A DNA stretch of 64,000 nt from Octopus sinensis (lineage: Eukaryota). The notes under the pieces are model-generated. The model saw nothing but the letters and a program-made list of their open reading frames with translations, did not search any database and had not been told where the DNA came from. The stretch's first letter is position 1, and every line of letters begins with the position of its first letter. Positions 24,241 through 36,794 of this stretch are shown here, one piece after another. The position numbers and the translations under genes were made by a program. The stretch covers positions 142,476,001 through 142,540,000 of the forward strand of contig NC_042998.1 in NCBI RefSeq assembly GCF_006345805.1, read 5' to 3'.

Positions 24241-26591
24241 GGGATCTTTTCCTTTTGAACGGCAGATGTCAACACGATTTCTAGTTAACTAAACACTTTT
24301 AAACTTCGTATACTGGTAGAATGTGTTTATAAAACATCATTTTCTGTTGATTTTATTGAGAAAATTCTATAGTTTGTAAGATATTTCGTCTGAAAATCCG
24401 AGCATTTCGGCAATTTTAACCAATCGATTACCTCCATTTAGGTAAACAACATTTGCTGCGTCTAAAATGTGTATCTCTCTATATATAAAACAGAATGTAT
24501 GTCTGTCTGTGTGGTTCCCTGAAACTTGAGAACTACACAACCAATTTAATTCAAATTTTACACATGCCTTACTTAGGGTCCATGTAGTTTCATGGGAAAA
24601 AAATAAATGTTCAACTTCTTGCCTAGAGTGAGCCCATAGCAATATCATATCTTCTCCACTATTTCAGTATTATGTGTTAAAAGTGAAACAAAAACATTTC
24701 TCTATTTTATGTCAGATGCTTTCACTTTAACAATAAAAATAATAATAACAATTGAATTATATGTAGTAAGTAATAATTAAAATCAAGCTAAAGTATAATA
24801 TAATTGTAACATAACAAAAGTAAAAATAGCTGTTGGTATAAAATTGTATCAATGACTTGAACTTGAATAAGTGGTTTCACATGAATGGGAATAAATTAAA
24901 AATAAAATTAGCATGCAGAAATGGAATAGTCCAGATGGAGCTGTGCTTTTACATTAGATTATCTGCTAATTAGCTAGCATTAAGTATCTATATGAAGTTT
25001 CGCTGTATGTAATATCTGTTTTCTCGAACAGCCGCTCCTACAGAGTACTGCTGTTGGTTTATTTCTTATACATAAAGGACTAAAGCTTCAACTGCTTACT
25101 GCTTTCTGATTCATCATAAGGTTTTTTGTTATTATTATTACTGTTTAACTATTGTTATCACATTTGTTGGTTCCTTGTAAAGGAAACATTGTTGTGTTGC
25201 ATTTGTTAAATAATTGTAAACTGTAACCCTCCCCCTTTGGGAGAAGGAGCTTTGGTTATTGTTTAAAAATCGAATTGTGTCCCTATTTGGGGAAATTGAC
25301 AATATTTTCACCGTTTAAATGGAAGCATTTTTGTTAGAATGCCTTCGATAGAAGAAAGTCCAAAAATGAATTTCGCTGCAGCCGTCGGCAGGCGCGAACT
25401 CATTGAAATTAAAATGGAAGAAATACGGATTGATCACCGACAAAGACGGTGAATCTAGGATAACACCACCAAATGAAATAAAAAATTAAATTAAAGAAAA
25501 GACTATTGTCTATAAAGTATACAATGTAGAGAAAAAAAAAAGATTTGAACACCTGGAGGAAAGCACCATCGAAAAGTGTCTTGGTGCGACTATGAAAGAT
25601 ATCTAACCAGAGGCGGTAAATTCGCCACAATAGAAGCAAGGTTCGAGTCGACTCGAACCTTGCAAAGTGGAAATATTTTATTTTTACCTTTATATCTGGG
25701 ATGTAGGACGTCCCGGATAAAAAGTTTAAATGTCCCCCCAGAAGTAGAGGTAGGTTGGATTGTAGCCACACTTCTATACAAGAGGGAGGACAAATACAAT
25801 TGATCGAAATTGCAAGAGACGAGCCTACAATTCCAGTCTGTTATATATTTTGAGTATTGTTATCACTAGCGATATCAAGATATAACTTTGTATTTTGTAT
25901 TTTATGTGTAGATGTATATATATAAAGTATAATAGCCATCTCAATATGGCTAACCACAAAGGGGGGGTGTTACTGTAGCTTTTTAGCCCCAGGAGATCAT
26001 CGTCTCCAGCTGGCTTTAGGCACACTATCTGTGCCCTTATGGTATTTGCAAAGGGAGGCCATCCCTTTCTCCTATTATACTTTACATTGTCGAGCGGTTA
26101 CTGTTTACATCTCGTTCTGAGATTTAATAATGTATATATATAGATGTACATGTAATATGTACACATATATATATACACATATATACATGCACTAGCACTA
26201 TGATCCGGCAACGACGGGTCATAATGCTAGTAAAATTAAAGAATTATTTTGTATGTTAATTGTTTAAATTATTTTCCATTGCTTTAGTTTTTTTTACACA
26301 TGTAACAATTAAATTAATTTAACAATTAAGAAAAAAAAATTAGGGTTAGGGTTAGTTACAGGATGTTGTCTCAGTTTTAGACGCAGCAAATGATTTTATC
26401 TCAAAAGAGAGCATAGGATTGGTTAAAATTCGAAAAATTAAACTACGTTAAACAAACGAATTACAAATTTATCAAGAAAGCCAAGTGAAAATAATGTTTT
26501 CTTTTGACACATTCTACCAGTATACGAAGTTTTAAAGTGTTTAGTTAACTAGAAATTGTGTTGAAATCTGCCGTTCAAAAGGAAAAGATCC
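24241..26591. mobile_element. GGATCTTTTC-family TIR element with a nested Helitron
   Basis: Inverted arms of about 200 bp. TSD TTCGTAAA at 24233..24240 and 26592..26599. The empty site is present in the paralogous segment near 46550. Confidence 0.85.
24474..26230 (+). mobile_element. Non-autonomous Helitron-like element
   Basis: A|TC...CTAG|T termini, and a 3' hairpin (GATCCGGCAACGACGGGTC) just before CTAG. Confidence 0.7.
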
Positions 26592-26821
26592 TTCGTAAAA
26601 TAACCATCTCGTCTTTCCAAGCTCAAAACCCAAAATCATGTTACACATTAGATTCAATAATGAAAAAAAATGAGATGGTTATGAATAAATTAGGATCTTT
26701 GTGATTATCGTCACTGTTTACAATTTTGTCCCAATTGTTTTCAAATTTGATATGTGGATTAAGTTTTGTATACTAATTATGAAAATGAAATTCATTTTTC
26801 ATTTAAATTCGTAATTAAAAA

Positions 26822-27644
26822 GGATCTTTTCCTTTTGAACGGTAGTTTTCAACACAATTTCTAGTTAACGAAACACTTTTAAACTTTGTATACTGGTAGA
26901 ATATGTTTATAAAACATCATTTTTTCTTGGCTTTATTGAGACAATTCTATATGTTGTAACATATTTCCACTTTAAAATAGAGCTTTTCGGCAATTTTAAC
27001 CAATCAAATACGTCCATTTGGAGTCAAAACATACCGTGCTGTATGAATATGTCCCTCAGAAACAGATTGGGTTTATTTACATTTGTGAAGAAAAAAAGAT
27101 ACCCTTCCCCAACCCCTAAACCTAACCCTAACCCCACCCCTAACTCTAACTAAACCTAACCCTAAAATAGATTGAAATGCAATAGATCGATACTAGGGCC
27201 ATAATTATGGGTGACAATTTCATACGACACCGCTACGGAAAATGGGATTTTTTCTAGTGGTCTCGTATGAAATTGTCACCCATAATTATGGCCCTAGTAT
27301 TGATCTATTTTAGGGTTAGTTTTAGTTAGAGTTAGGGTTAGGGTTAGGGGTGGGGGAAGGGTATCTTTTCTTCTTCACAAACGTAAATAAACCCAGTCTG
27401 TTTCTTAAACGAGGACGTATTCATACAGCACGGTATGTTTGACTCCAAATGGACGTATTTGATTGGTTAAAATTGCGGAAAAGCTCGATTTTAAAGTGGA
27501 AATATGTTACAACATATAGAATTGTCTCAATAAAGCCAAGAAATAATGATGTTTTATAAACACATTCTACCAGTATACGAAGTTTAAAAGTGTTTAGTTA
27601 ACTGGAAATTGTGTTGACATATGCCGTTCAAAAGGAAAAGATCC
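26822..27644. mobile_element. Palindromic (fold-back) GGATCTTTTC-family element, 823 bp
   Basis: Two inverted arms of about 400 bp. Perfect 8-bp TSD ATTAAAAA (26814..26821, 27645..27652). Confidence 0.9.
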
Positions 27645-28072
27645 ATTAAAAAGTTATTAGCCTTTAAAATTTGCAAAATTTGGGTATTTAGTCAATCAGA
27701 AGTATTTTACACATCACCGTGAAGTTCTGTTAGCACTTTAGCCCATTCATAACCAAACTTTTTTCATTAATTTATTACCAAAAATCTTTTTTTATATACA
27801 ACTTTATTTGATACTAAATATTAAAAAAAAAAAATTATTACAATATTCTAAGAAAAAAATTCATTTTTAGTTTGGTCCTTTTCTTAGGACCATGGGCATA
27901 TGGGGTACTTTTTTTCAAAAAACAGGATTTATAAAATAGCATACTAGATTTCAGAAAGGAAAATGAAAATAAAAAACGCACTCTTTATTTATTAATTCAA
28001 ATGAAATGCATATTACTTGAAAAAAAGAAAAGAATCAAAAGTAATTTTTTTTCTGAACAATTTAAATAAAGA

Positions 28073-29926
28073 TTACTTTGAATGCCATTTGTTGAAACAT
28101 TCACCCATATGAAGACCAACATCACATTTTTGAAACTTCTTTTTTTTTTTGCAAAAGGCACATTTTCTTTGTTACCCTCCCTCTGTTCTATCAAGATCGT
28201 GTCCAGTAGTAGAAAATTCAATTTCTGGTATTACTTTTGAAGAAAATACCTATGGCCATCCCAAATTTTTGTAATCAGAATCTAACTCCAAATAAGCTTG
28301 TGTAACTGACCTCTTGAAATCTAATAATGTCAAAGTATTGGGTTGTCCGGAAAGTTTGTGCCGATTTATAGTAGCTTACCTTTCGACTTACCCTCCCAGG
28401 CACCTCAATTCTGGGAAGAGGGTATTTTCAAGTTAAAGGTAAGATTGAGCAACAAGATGGTTCATCTTTGGCTGATTAAAAATGTAATGGCAAGTATTTA
28501 TTGACCTTTTTCTTTCCTTCAAAAATCGGCACAAACTTTCTGGACAACCCAATATTTCCATTTGCAAAACAATGTACAATCCAAGAATTAACCATTATAG
28601 TACGTGGAAAATTTGTAGATAGACTAAAGTACCACATCTTAGATGTAACAGAGATGCGATACCTTTGGATAAGCCAGTCTAAGTGGTCCACACCTCCCAT
28701 ATATTTGTTATAATCAGAAATGAGAAATGGCTGAGGAACAAATATTGCAATTGTGAAAACACTGTTCTCATGCCATTTAAAAAAAAAAAGAGTTCTTCCT
28801 TTCCTTCAAATTTGTAGTCATAGGATTTACAATTCCCCTTTATCAGGGATTTGTCATCCTTCAGGGGACACCTGGATGTTCTGCTTGAACATACTGTACC
28901 CATGATTCAGATTCCTGAGGATTTCATTTGTACAAATATGTTATAACTAGAGAAAAAGTTATCAACATAAATTTCATGATCATTGGGGTTCTCTAGGTGA
29001 TTGGTCATTGATAAAACCATTTTTGAACCTAGAATATCATTGTTCTTGGTATTGGAAGTAGGATCTTTTTGCTTTCCTTGATATAAATCCATTCTAAAAC
29101 AAGAGCCACCATTGTGGTACAAGAAAGCATCCACTGCTTGAAATCAAAACTTATTGGCTTACTTCTTATAAATTTTTTTTAGAGCTTCTTCCATAGTATC
29201 TTACTATCTGTTCATCTACTGACAGTCTCTTAGAGAATATTCCAGATTGCTAGTTTTCTGATACAGAGCATTAGCCAGCAGTTTAATTTTGAATCCTTTA
29301 TCATTTTTGTAGTTTTCTGCATTTTCATAACCAACAAAATGAAGAAACCTTTTGATGCTTAGAAATCTGTTTCTTGGCATTGTTTTTCAAATAATCGGAG
29401 TTTCAAGGTCTTCAGACACACTCCAATAATGCCATTCACTTGGTAGTCTGTGGTATCCTGAAAAAAGTAAGATTCCAATGAAATTTCTCAGGCAGTTTTT
29501 TGACAGACTAAAATAATGTACATTTTACTGTGTGGAATAAGTAACAGATTCTCTGCAAATTTCCTCATCAAAGAAAAGTTCAAAAATCTCAACTGAGCTC
29601 TTGCCAAGTACTTTATATTTCATTGATTTCATTCTATCATCTGCTCCATCAGTAGTTTTCCAAGAGAAATCTGAGCTTTTCTTTTTATCTTTTGGTTGTG
29701 TTAGTTCTTGTTCATTATCATACCGATGAAGCTCAACACTTCTTGGCACATCCTACAAGATAAGGGTCAGATCTCTGTTCTCATCATCAAAGTCTTGTTC
29801 ATCAGTTAGTTCATTTACTGGTGGAAGAATTTCAACAATATCAATCAAGTTTTCATCACTGGGTGATGCATAATTTACTATGTCATGAACTGAATAGAAT
29901 GACTTGACTGAATGGTAGAAAGCCAT
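28073..29926 (-). mobile_element. piggyBac (PGBD3-like) transposase relic
   Basis: Fragments IGILLFSGYHRLPSE.HYWS, FRMDLYQGK, IYVDNFFSSY, YNKYMGGVDHLDWLIQRYRI, and a C-terminal Cys-rich QRKCAFC...KCDVGLH.GECFNKWH. Multiple stops and frameshifts. Inverted GGTCC...GGACC palindromes at about 27872..27895 and 30110..30133. Confidence 0.9.
28338..28552. mobile_element. mariner-type MITE inserted in the piggyBac ORF
   Basis: TA|TTGGGTTGTCCGGAAAGTTTGTGCCGATTT ... AAATCGGCACAAACTTTCTGGACAACCCAA|TA. Confidence 0.9.
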
Positions 29927-31057
29927 GGAAGAGTATCTGAAAATAAAACTAAAATAAGAATAATAAAGAAAGAAAATAACAAATAAAATTTTTTTTTTTT
30001 CACAGTTGTCTATACATAGAAAATATTTTCAGCTTAAAAATGTTTGCCCATGCAAACTGTTTTCTCTTTTATGCAACATCCATAGAAAATGGAAAAAAGC
30101 TCCAGTGACCATGGTCCTTATATTAGGACCAAACTTATAGAGCATGCTATATTTGAGCAAAATTACTTTCAAAGATTTTCTTGACTTTATAGGACAGTTA
30201 GAACAATTATTTATACTATATACAAATATGTGTTGGATATAAGTGCTACTTACCAAAAAATTTTTGATTGAATAATACATGAAACTGAGTGTATCCTTTC
30301 CCTCAAGATTTTCACACTGTTCTGAAAAGTGTTGCCAATATACATCATACAGTAGGTGTAATATTTGAAAGACACTCCAGTCTTGATGACTAACTAAAGA
30401 TATCTCAGAAAAATACAGCTGTTGCAGAAATATGATGGATTATCCTTCTGGTCCTAAAAAAAAGGATTGTGAGCGCTAATGGATTAAGCAAAGAAGCACC
30501 ACATGTTCCATAACTGATTGCAAAGAACTGTTTCCCATGTAACCAAAGATGCTGCACATGCACACAAGGAGTGTAACCACCAAATTGAGTGTAATCAATA
30601 AATTGAGAGTACCTGGGCATCTTTAAAGCATGGTTGACACTTATCTTTGTGAATTTATGTAGAGAAGGAATTATGAGAAAGATCATTTATTTTATAAAAT
30701 CCAAGTGTGTATTGCAAACTTTCATTCTTGAGTTTTTTTTAAACTAATAAATGTCTGTTTTAAGTAATGTTTTGACTGTTATTTCTAGCAACTCCTGTTG
30801 GTTTGTTCGTAGCTACTAAATATTTAATTTGCTTGTGAATCTTTTTGTTTTTCACTGTTTACTGTAGCTAGTCTAATGTTTTGACATGCCAGTGACCCCT
30901 GCCTCCTTTCTTGCTAATGTAACAGATGAAGGAAGAGGCAGCGGATGCACTGTTTACTGGTTGACTGAAAATTATAAAACTTTGAACGCCTGTAACATTT
31001 TCGCAAATTTTTTCTGGAATAAATAACAAATTCAAATTCAGTGTCAAAAATTACATA

Positions 31058-31458
31058 TCTTCTTTATATATAAAAGTGAGGTTGTGTGCTGTCTGTCTCC
31101 TATGATTTAGATTCCTAACTACTCCCACATTTTGCAGTGCAGTTTAACCAAAACCGGGTATCTTATAGTCGTGATTCATATCGAGCCCTTCTGGGTATTA
31201 GCGCGCATCTATGATGAGTCTACAATTAAAAAAAAAATTTACCATCAATTTTCCCCATTTTTAATGCATTTTTGGCATATATAAGGGAAGTAACTCTCTA
31301 AAAATGTATTATTAAATCTCAGAACGTAAAAAGCTACAGTAACACCCCCCCCCTTTGTGGTTAGCCATATTGAGATGGTTATTATACTTTACATCTCTAA
31401 AAATGTTTATATAGTTATTTCCCTTACAAACCCGAGCAACGCCGGGCGATACTGCTAG
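31058..31458 (+). mobile_element. Non-autonomous Helitron-like element
   Basis: A|TC...CTAG|T termini, with hairpin CCCGAGCAACGCCGGG before CTAG. Confidence 0.75.
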
Positions 31459-31839
31459 TATATGATACATTAAAAATTTTTTTTAAGATTTCGACATGCA
31501 GTGACAATAACCACAAACTTCCAAATAATAAAACATATACAAATTATAAATATAATTTTAAAAAATATACAGTACAATACTGGTTCTACTTCATGGATTT
31601 TCCCCAGGATGCTTCAAAATGTAACACCCATGATAGTCAAGGGATTACTGTATATACATACACTGACAGGGGAAATAACTGTCCCTTTAAGAGTCTTTAA
31701 CTATTATTTCTAGCAATATAGGTGTTTCAGTAACCTGTTACATTTAGTGACAATAAAATTTTTCCTTTATGGTATTATACTATGCCTAGCTGTTTATATT
31801 AATTTTTAATATACACATTAGCATCAACTGTTTGAATAG

Positions 31840-31889
31840 TCACTACTGATGATGCCAATGAAATTGGCAAAACTAGCCTAGTCTAGTAA
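31840..31889 (+). ncRNA. Minimal type I hammerhead ribozyme motif, core-mutated (G12>A) and probably inactive
   Basis: Stem I TCACTA/TAGTAA, core CTGATGA, stem II GCCAAT-gaa-ATTGGC, AAAA in place of GAAA, stem III ACTAG-c-CTAGT, cleavage triplet GTC. Confidence 0.7.
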
Positions 31890-32033
31890 TTCTAGAGACA
31901 GTCATGGGGTGGTCACCCTGTCAGTGTATATATATTGCACTCTTCTTGCAGCATTAAGAGTCTTTAACTCTTATTTCTAGCAATATAGGTGCTTCATCAC
32001 CCTCAGTCACATTTAGTGATGATAAAATTTTTC

Positions 32034-32064
<31 letters not shown>

Positions 32065-35000
32065 AAATATGTAATATAGGTTGCTAATAAAACATCTGGA
32101 TAATTTTTGAAGTTTTGGTGTATAACAATCAATATTGTTTTCTCTTTTGGATTCTAAGCCAATGTTTCCCCACCCCCAAAAAATAGGGGCAAAATTAGAA
32201 ATGACTAATTTTAATACTCTCTTCTTTTTAACTGCATGATGTGCATAAATATATCACAGAGAGAACGATTCCAGCAGATTGTGAAGCAGCTATAGAAAGT
32301 ATTTTATGCTGAATTTTAAAATTTAGCTGAGCTTTATAATTTCATATCATGTACCATTTTTCCATGATCCTCTTTCATTTGACCTGGATATTTTTATTAC
32401 ACTTTTTTCTTTTTGCCTTTTTGATGTCTAAGGTGGATAGTAACGTGAATGAGTTTTGTTTCAAATGGGGAATAGAAAAAGCAAATTTAGTTTATCCGGA
32501 CTTACACATTTTGCCCCACCTAAATTTGTCTTTATATGCTCAAAGAGAACGGAAAACATTTCTTAGCAATATCCGAGTCTCTATTTGCTGTCCGGCAATG
32601 TTTATTCAGATGCATTTTGTGATGTCGGGCACGAAAATACCTTAAGCTAAGCCTGAAAGCAATGAAGTCATAAAAGAATCACCCATAACTTGCAGTAAGC
32701 AACATTTATTAAAATAAAAGTATTCAGAACACAGAATAACATGTAACAAAAACAATTTGCAAACATATTTACATTCCCATATAACAGTTAAGAACATCAC
32801 CATTATTGTATTACGCATGCGCGGAAGTTTTAGTTCGACTAGGTGCTGCTGCCTTAATTATGCACGACTCAAGTTAGAGAAGGGGTGCGTATTATACACA
32901 AGGTTTAGGTTCTTCAGAAGTACAGCCCTCTAAAAATCCCCTGCGTATTATATTCGAGGATTTACGGTATTCATTTTGGTCATTCTATAATCAACCTGCA
33001 CTAATGAAATTTTAAAATTTCAGCTTCTGAGCTTTCTAACCACTCTGATTATTGTTTTATCATGATATAAAGTTGTATTTTCAAGAAAGTCCCAATTTTT
33101 TCCCTCTTATTCTGTTATTACCGAAATCTAACCATATGGACGGAACTATCGGAGTTTCATACTTCACGAGGAATTGGAAGGGTTTTCATTGTTTCCAAAA
33201 TTATTTAGTTTTCCTACCTGTCATTTCGTACGCGAAGATAGGGATTCCAAAGCCCAAACATTAAATTTTCTCATGGTTCTTTTGTACCCTTTTCCTTTCC
33301 GTGAGTGTATGGAAGCTTAAAAGCCGGCTTTTCTAAATCTACGCTGTTCGGTAATACCACATTCGATAGTATAACAGCGCATATTCAAGAATAAATTTAA
33401 TAATAGGTTGTTTTTTTTTGTTCTTTTCAGATAGGACTCAATGATTTTTTCCTTGGGGCGTCTAAATGTCATTTAAATACGATATATTAAAATCCCTTGA
33501 TACATAATGGATACTCGTTTGTACTTTCTTTTTCTAAATCCATTGGAATATTGATACCTAATGTAAGCTGACAGCCAAAATAGATAGACTTGAGTTAAAA
33601 CATAATGATCGAAGGGAGACAACCGTTTTCAGACATTTGTTTTTTAGCCGCTGGATGAGTTGTGGTTGTTTTTATTACTGGGTGGTTGCATTACTCTTGC
33701 AACTTCGATTGTTTAGTCCTAGATCGCTGAAATACAAATCTACGATGGAGCAATGGCTGTTTCTAGTAACTTCAGGACCAGGAAGTGGCAGGAGTCCCCC
33801 GACTTATTAGGTGTACCACAATGGCGAAGCTGCTATGTACTAGGCAAAGTGTCGAGCCTACAGAGTCGTTGCTCGAGGCTGGAATACCAGCTAAATCTAT
33901 AAAATAGTCCCTACTACTGTTATGGTCTTCACATTTCTAAAGACCTAGTATCAAATAACCCGTATTTTGTCTGCAAGCCAAGTTTCGATATCTATCATTG
34001 TTGGTGCGACTAGACCCCTCGTATGTAACTTGCGGCAAAAATTTAATGTAATAAATTTCTGGATTTATTTCCAAATAGCGAAACATTAAAAGTATGCATA
34101 TATTACAAGAGAACTTTCTTTTCAGATATCTCTAGTAAACCTGATATTGCCCTCCTTTTTAAAATTATTCTGCTGTTCTTCACATTTACCGCATTATCTA
34201 ACGTTACATATTCTCCATTTGTTACGCTTCTCTTTCATTCCTTAAAGATCTATGGAACTGCTGAAACAAAAATCAGCCTTCTGTGTATTGATTGGTTGTG
34301 GTCCAGATTTCACCGTTTACTTGGGTTAAATGTTAGATCCATTTTTAAAGAAAAACTAAGCAACTAAACCTTTTTAAGAAAAGAAACTTTACATGTCTTT
34401 CCGCTTTGGGTTGTTACACCAATGACCATCCCCTTTGAGAAGGACTGGTTTACCTATTTCTAGCAAAGATGTTAAATGGAGTAAATGCAACTTGGATTTA
34501 AAGGCCTTGAATTGTGAGTGACAGACGACTCCAGGACCTTCTGTTGCGAATTTTATCCACTGAGATTTGGCTATTTCGAGCAAGTCGAGCGATCAAAGTA
34601 TCGGAAAAGATTTAAATTGACCAGTTCTCCCGTAAAAATAGAAAATTACATCTGAATGCCAAATTTTCAAATGCGACTGACCTACAGCTGACCATTTTAA
34701 GGTCAAATAAAACAAAATGGGATGGTCATACGTTCAGTATTTTTGCCTATGGGTGATGGTGTCTTGGAGTAAATTGCAGAAGGAAATGCTGGAATGAGGG
34801 TGGGGACCCAGCTTCCTGTGTGTTGGCTGGCCGTGGTTCACTTGATTCCACCGTTTACTTCTCTGTTAAATGTTATCCATCTTTAAAGAAGAGAAATTAG
34901 TGTAATGAAAACATTTAAGTAAATGAGTCGAAATGTTTTGAAGTATTTCACTTTTTCTGATCTTACACGTTTTTATTTTGCTAAATTACTTGGATGTTAA

Positions 35001-36314
35001 ATTATTTGTGCTCTACATGTTTATTTTCGCTTTGGTTTGGTCATTCCAGTGATGCTTTGCCAGCTATTTCCAATAAGGCCGAGTGTGTGAAATGGATGGC
35101 AAATGAAAAAAGCGACTTGTTTTCAAGATCCCTGATTTGTGAGTAACGGACGACTCCTTCACCCTTCAGTTGAGAAATTTATCCAGAGATTAGGCTGCTA
35201 TTTCGAGCAACTCGAGCGATCAAATGACCGCCTTTTCTAAAATCGGCGAGGGAAAAATAAAATTGATGGAATTAACTGGGTCAGTTGTATAGTTTTCAGT
35301 GTCTAAAGCAACTTTTCCTCATTAGAAAACACGTTCGATCCAATGAAAAATGTCAGGATGGTCGTAGGTGGAATACTTTCGCCCATGGGTTGTGTTTGGT
35401 GGACTAGAAGCTAACACGAGATTAAACACTTGATTAAAATAATTATATGCAAGTACTTATATTGCCTAAATATTCTACGAATAGCAGCTAAATTCATTGA
35501 CAATACAGTCTCGGTGCTTAAGTCCGTATAAGGCCTGAAATAAAAGAATGGCTTGTCAATACATTTTATAAGAATATGTACACTGAAGCAACATTCCAAA
35601 GAACCCCATGTTGCCGCCCCAGTATCAACCCAATCATGACCTCATCAACTGTCAATTATGTGTGAATATTATCTGCTGCATCACTTTTACATTTTGTTGC
35701 TCATTTCTGAATCCGTCACTTCCTAAACTAGGTCACTTGTTTCTGATATAGGTGGCAGAGCAATTTTTGGTGAGAGGAGGCTAGTTGCTTATGAACCCCG
35801 AGAAGGAAGGTGGCAAACAAAATCCTAGACATTATCAGAGTTGTAGTAAACACCTGCCTGTGTATATTAATATTTATAGGCTATATATTTTACCACAAAT
35901 GTTGCAGCCTATTCGGTTTATATTTGTCAGTGGTGGAGTTCCACACACAACGGACATTTAAAAAGATCTGGTGTCAGATGAAATAGCTTGAATATGTCGC
36001 TACAACATATTAAACAGAAATAATATACCTGCACCCAGATAAATTGCTAGGTGCGGATTTCTCAAAAGTAAAAATATATAACGGACATAAAATGGTTTCG
36101 AATAGCATGCAAAAAAAAAAAAAAGTGAATTTAATTTGAAATAATGAATCTTTATCTTTTAAACGAATATTGGAAGAGCGATTTCCATAAGAATTATTCA
36201 AACGCCCTCCATTAATGACAAATGAATATTTACAGATGAAAATGTATAAAAGTTCATACTGAGGAAAAAAACCGGAGGAAATGATCGGTTGAAATATTAA
36301 TGACAAGAATTATT

Positions 36315-36726
36315 GGATCTTTTCGGTTTGAACGGCAGTTTTTTAAAATAATTTCCGCATAACTAAACACTTTTAAACTTCGTATACTGGTAGAATGTGT
36401 TTATAAAACATCTTTTTCTCTTTGCTTTATTGAGAAAATTCTGTAGTTTGTAAGATGATTGTTGTTGTTTTTTTTTAATTTCTGCAATTTCAACCAATCA
36501 ATGACGTCTATTGAGATAAAAAAAAACATTCTGTGCCGTATGAATGTCCCTCGTTTAAGAAACAGATTGGGTTTATTTACATTTCTGAAGAAAAAAAGAT
36601 ACCCTTCCCCCCACCCTAACCCTAAAACAGATTGAAATGCAATAGATCGATACTAGGGTAATAATTATGGGTGACAATTTCATATGACACCGCTAGAAAA
36701 AACTGTCGTTCAAACCGAAAAGATCC
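36315..36726 (+). mobile_element. GGATCTTTTC-family MITE, 412 bp, in the 3' UTR of the H1 pseudogene
   Basis: TIRs GGATCTTTTCGGTTTGAACGGCAGTTTT / AAAACTGTCGTTCAAACCGAAAAGATCC. 8-bp TSD GAATTATT. Confidence 0.9.
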
Positions 36727-36794
36727 GAATTATTTTATACAATTATATTTTACAAGTCACTTTGTAATGTTCGTTTTTTTTATGTAAAGTTCGT

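Noticed and set aside
30400-30720. Cys-containing + strand reading fragments
   Set aside because: Many stops and no motif I can assign; possibly a TE relic but unsupported.
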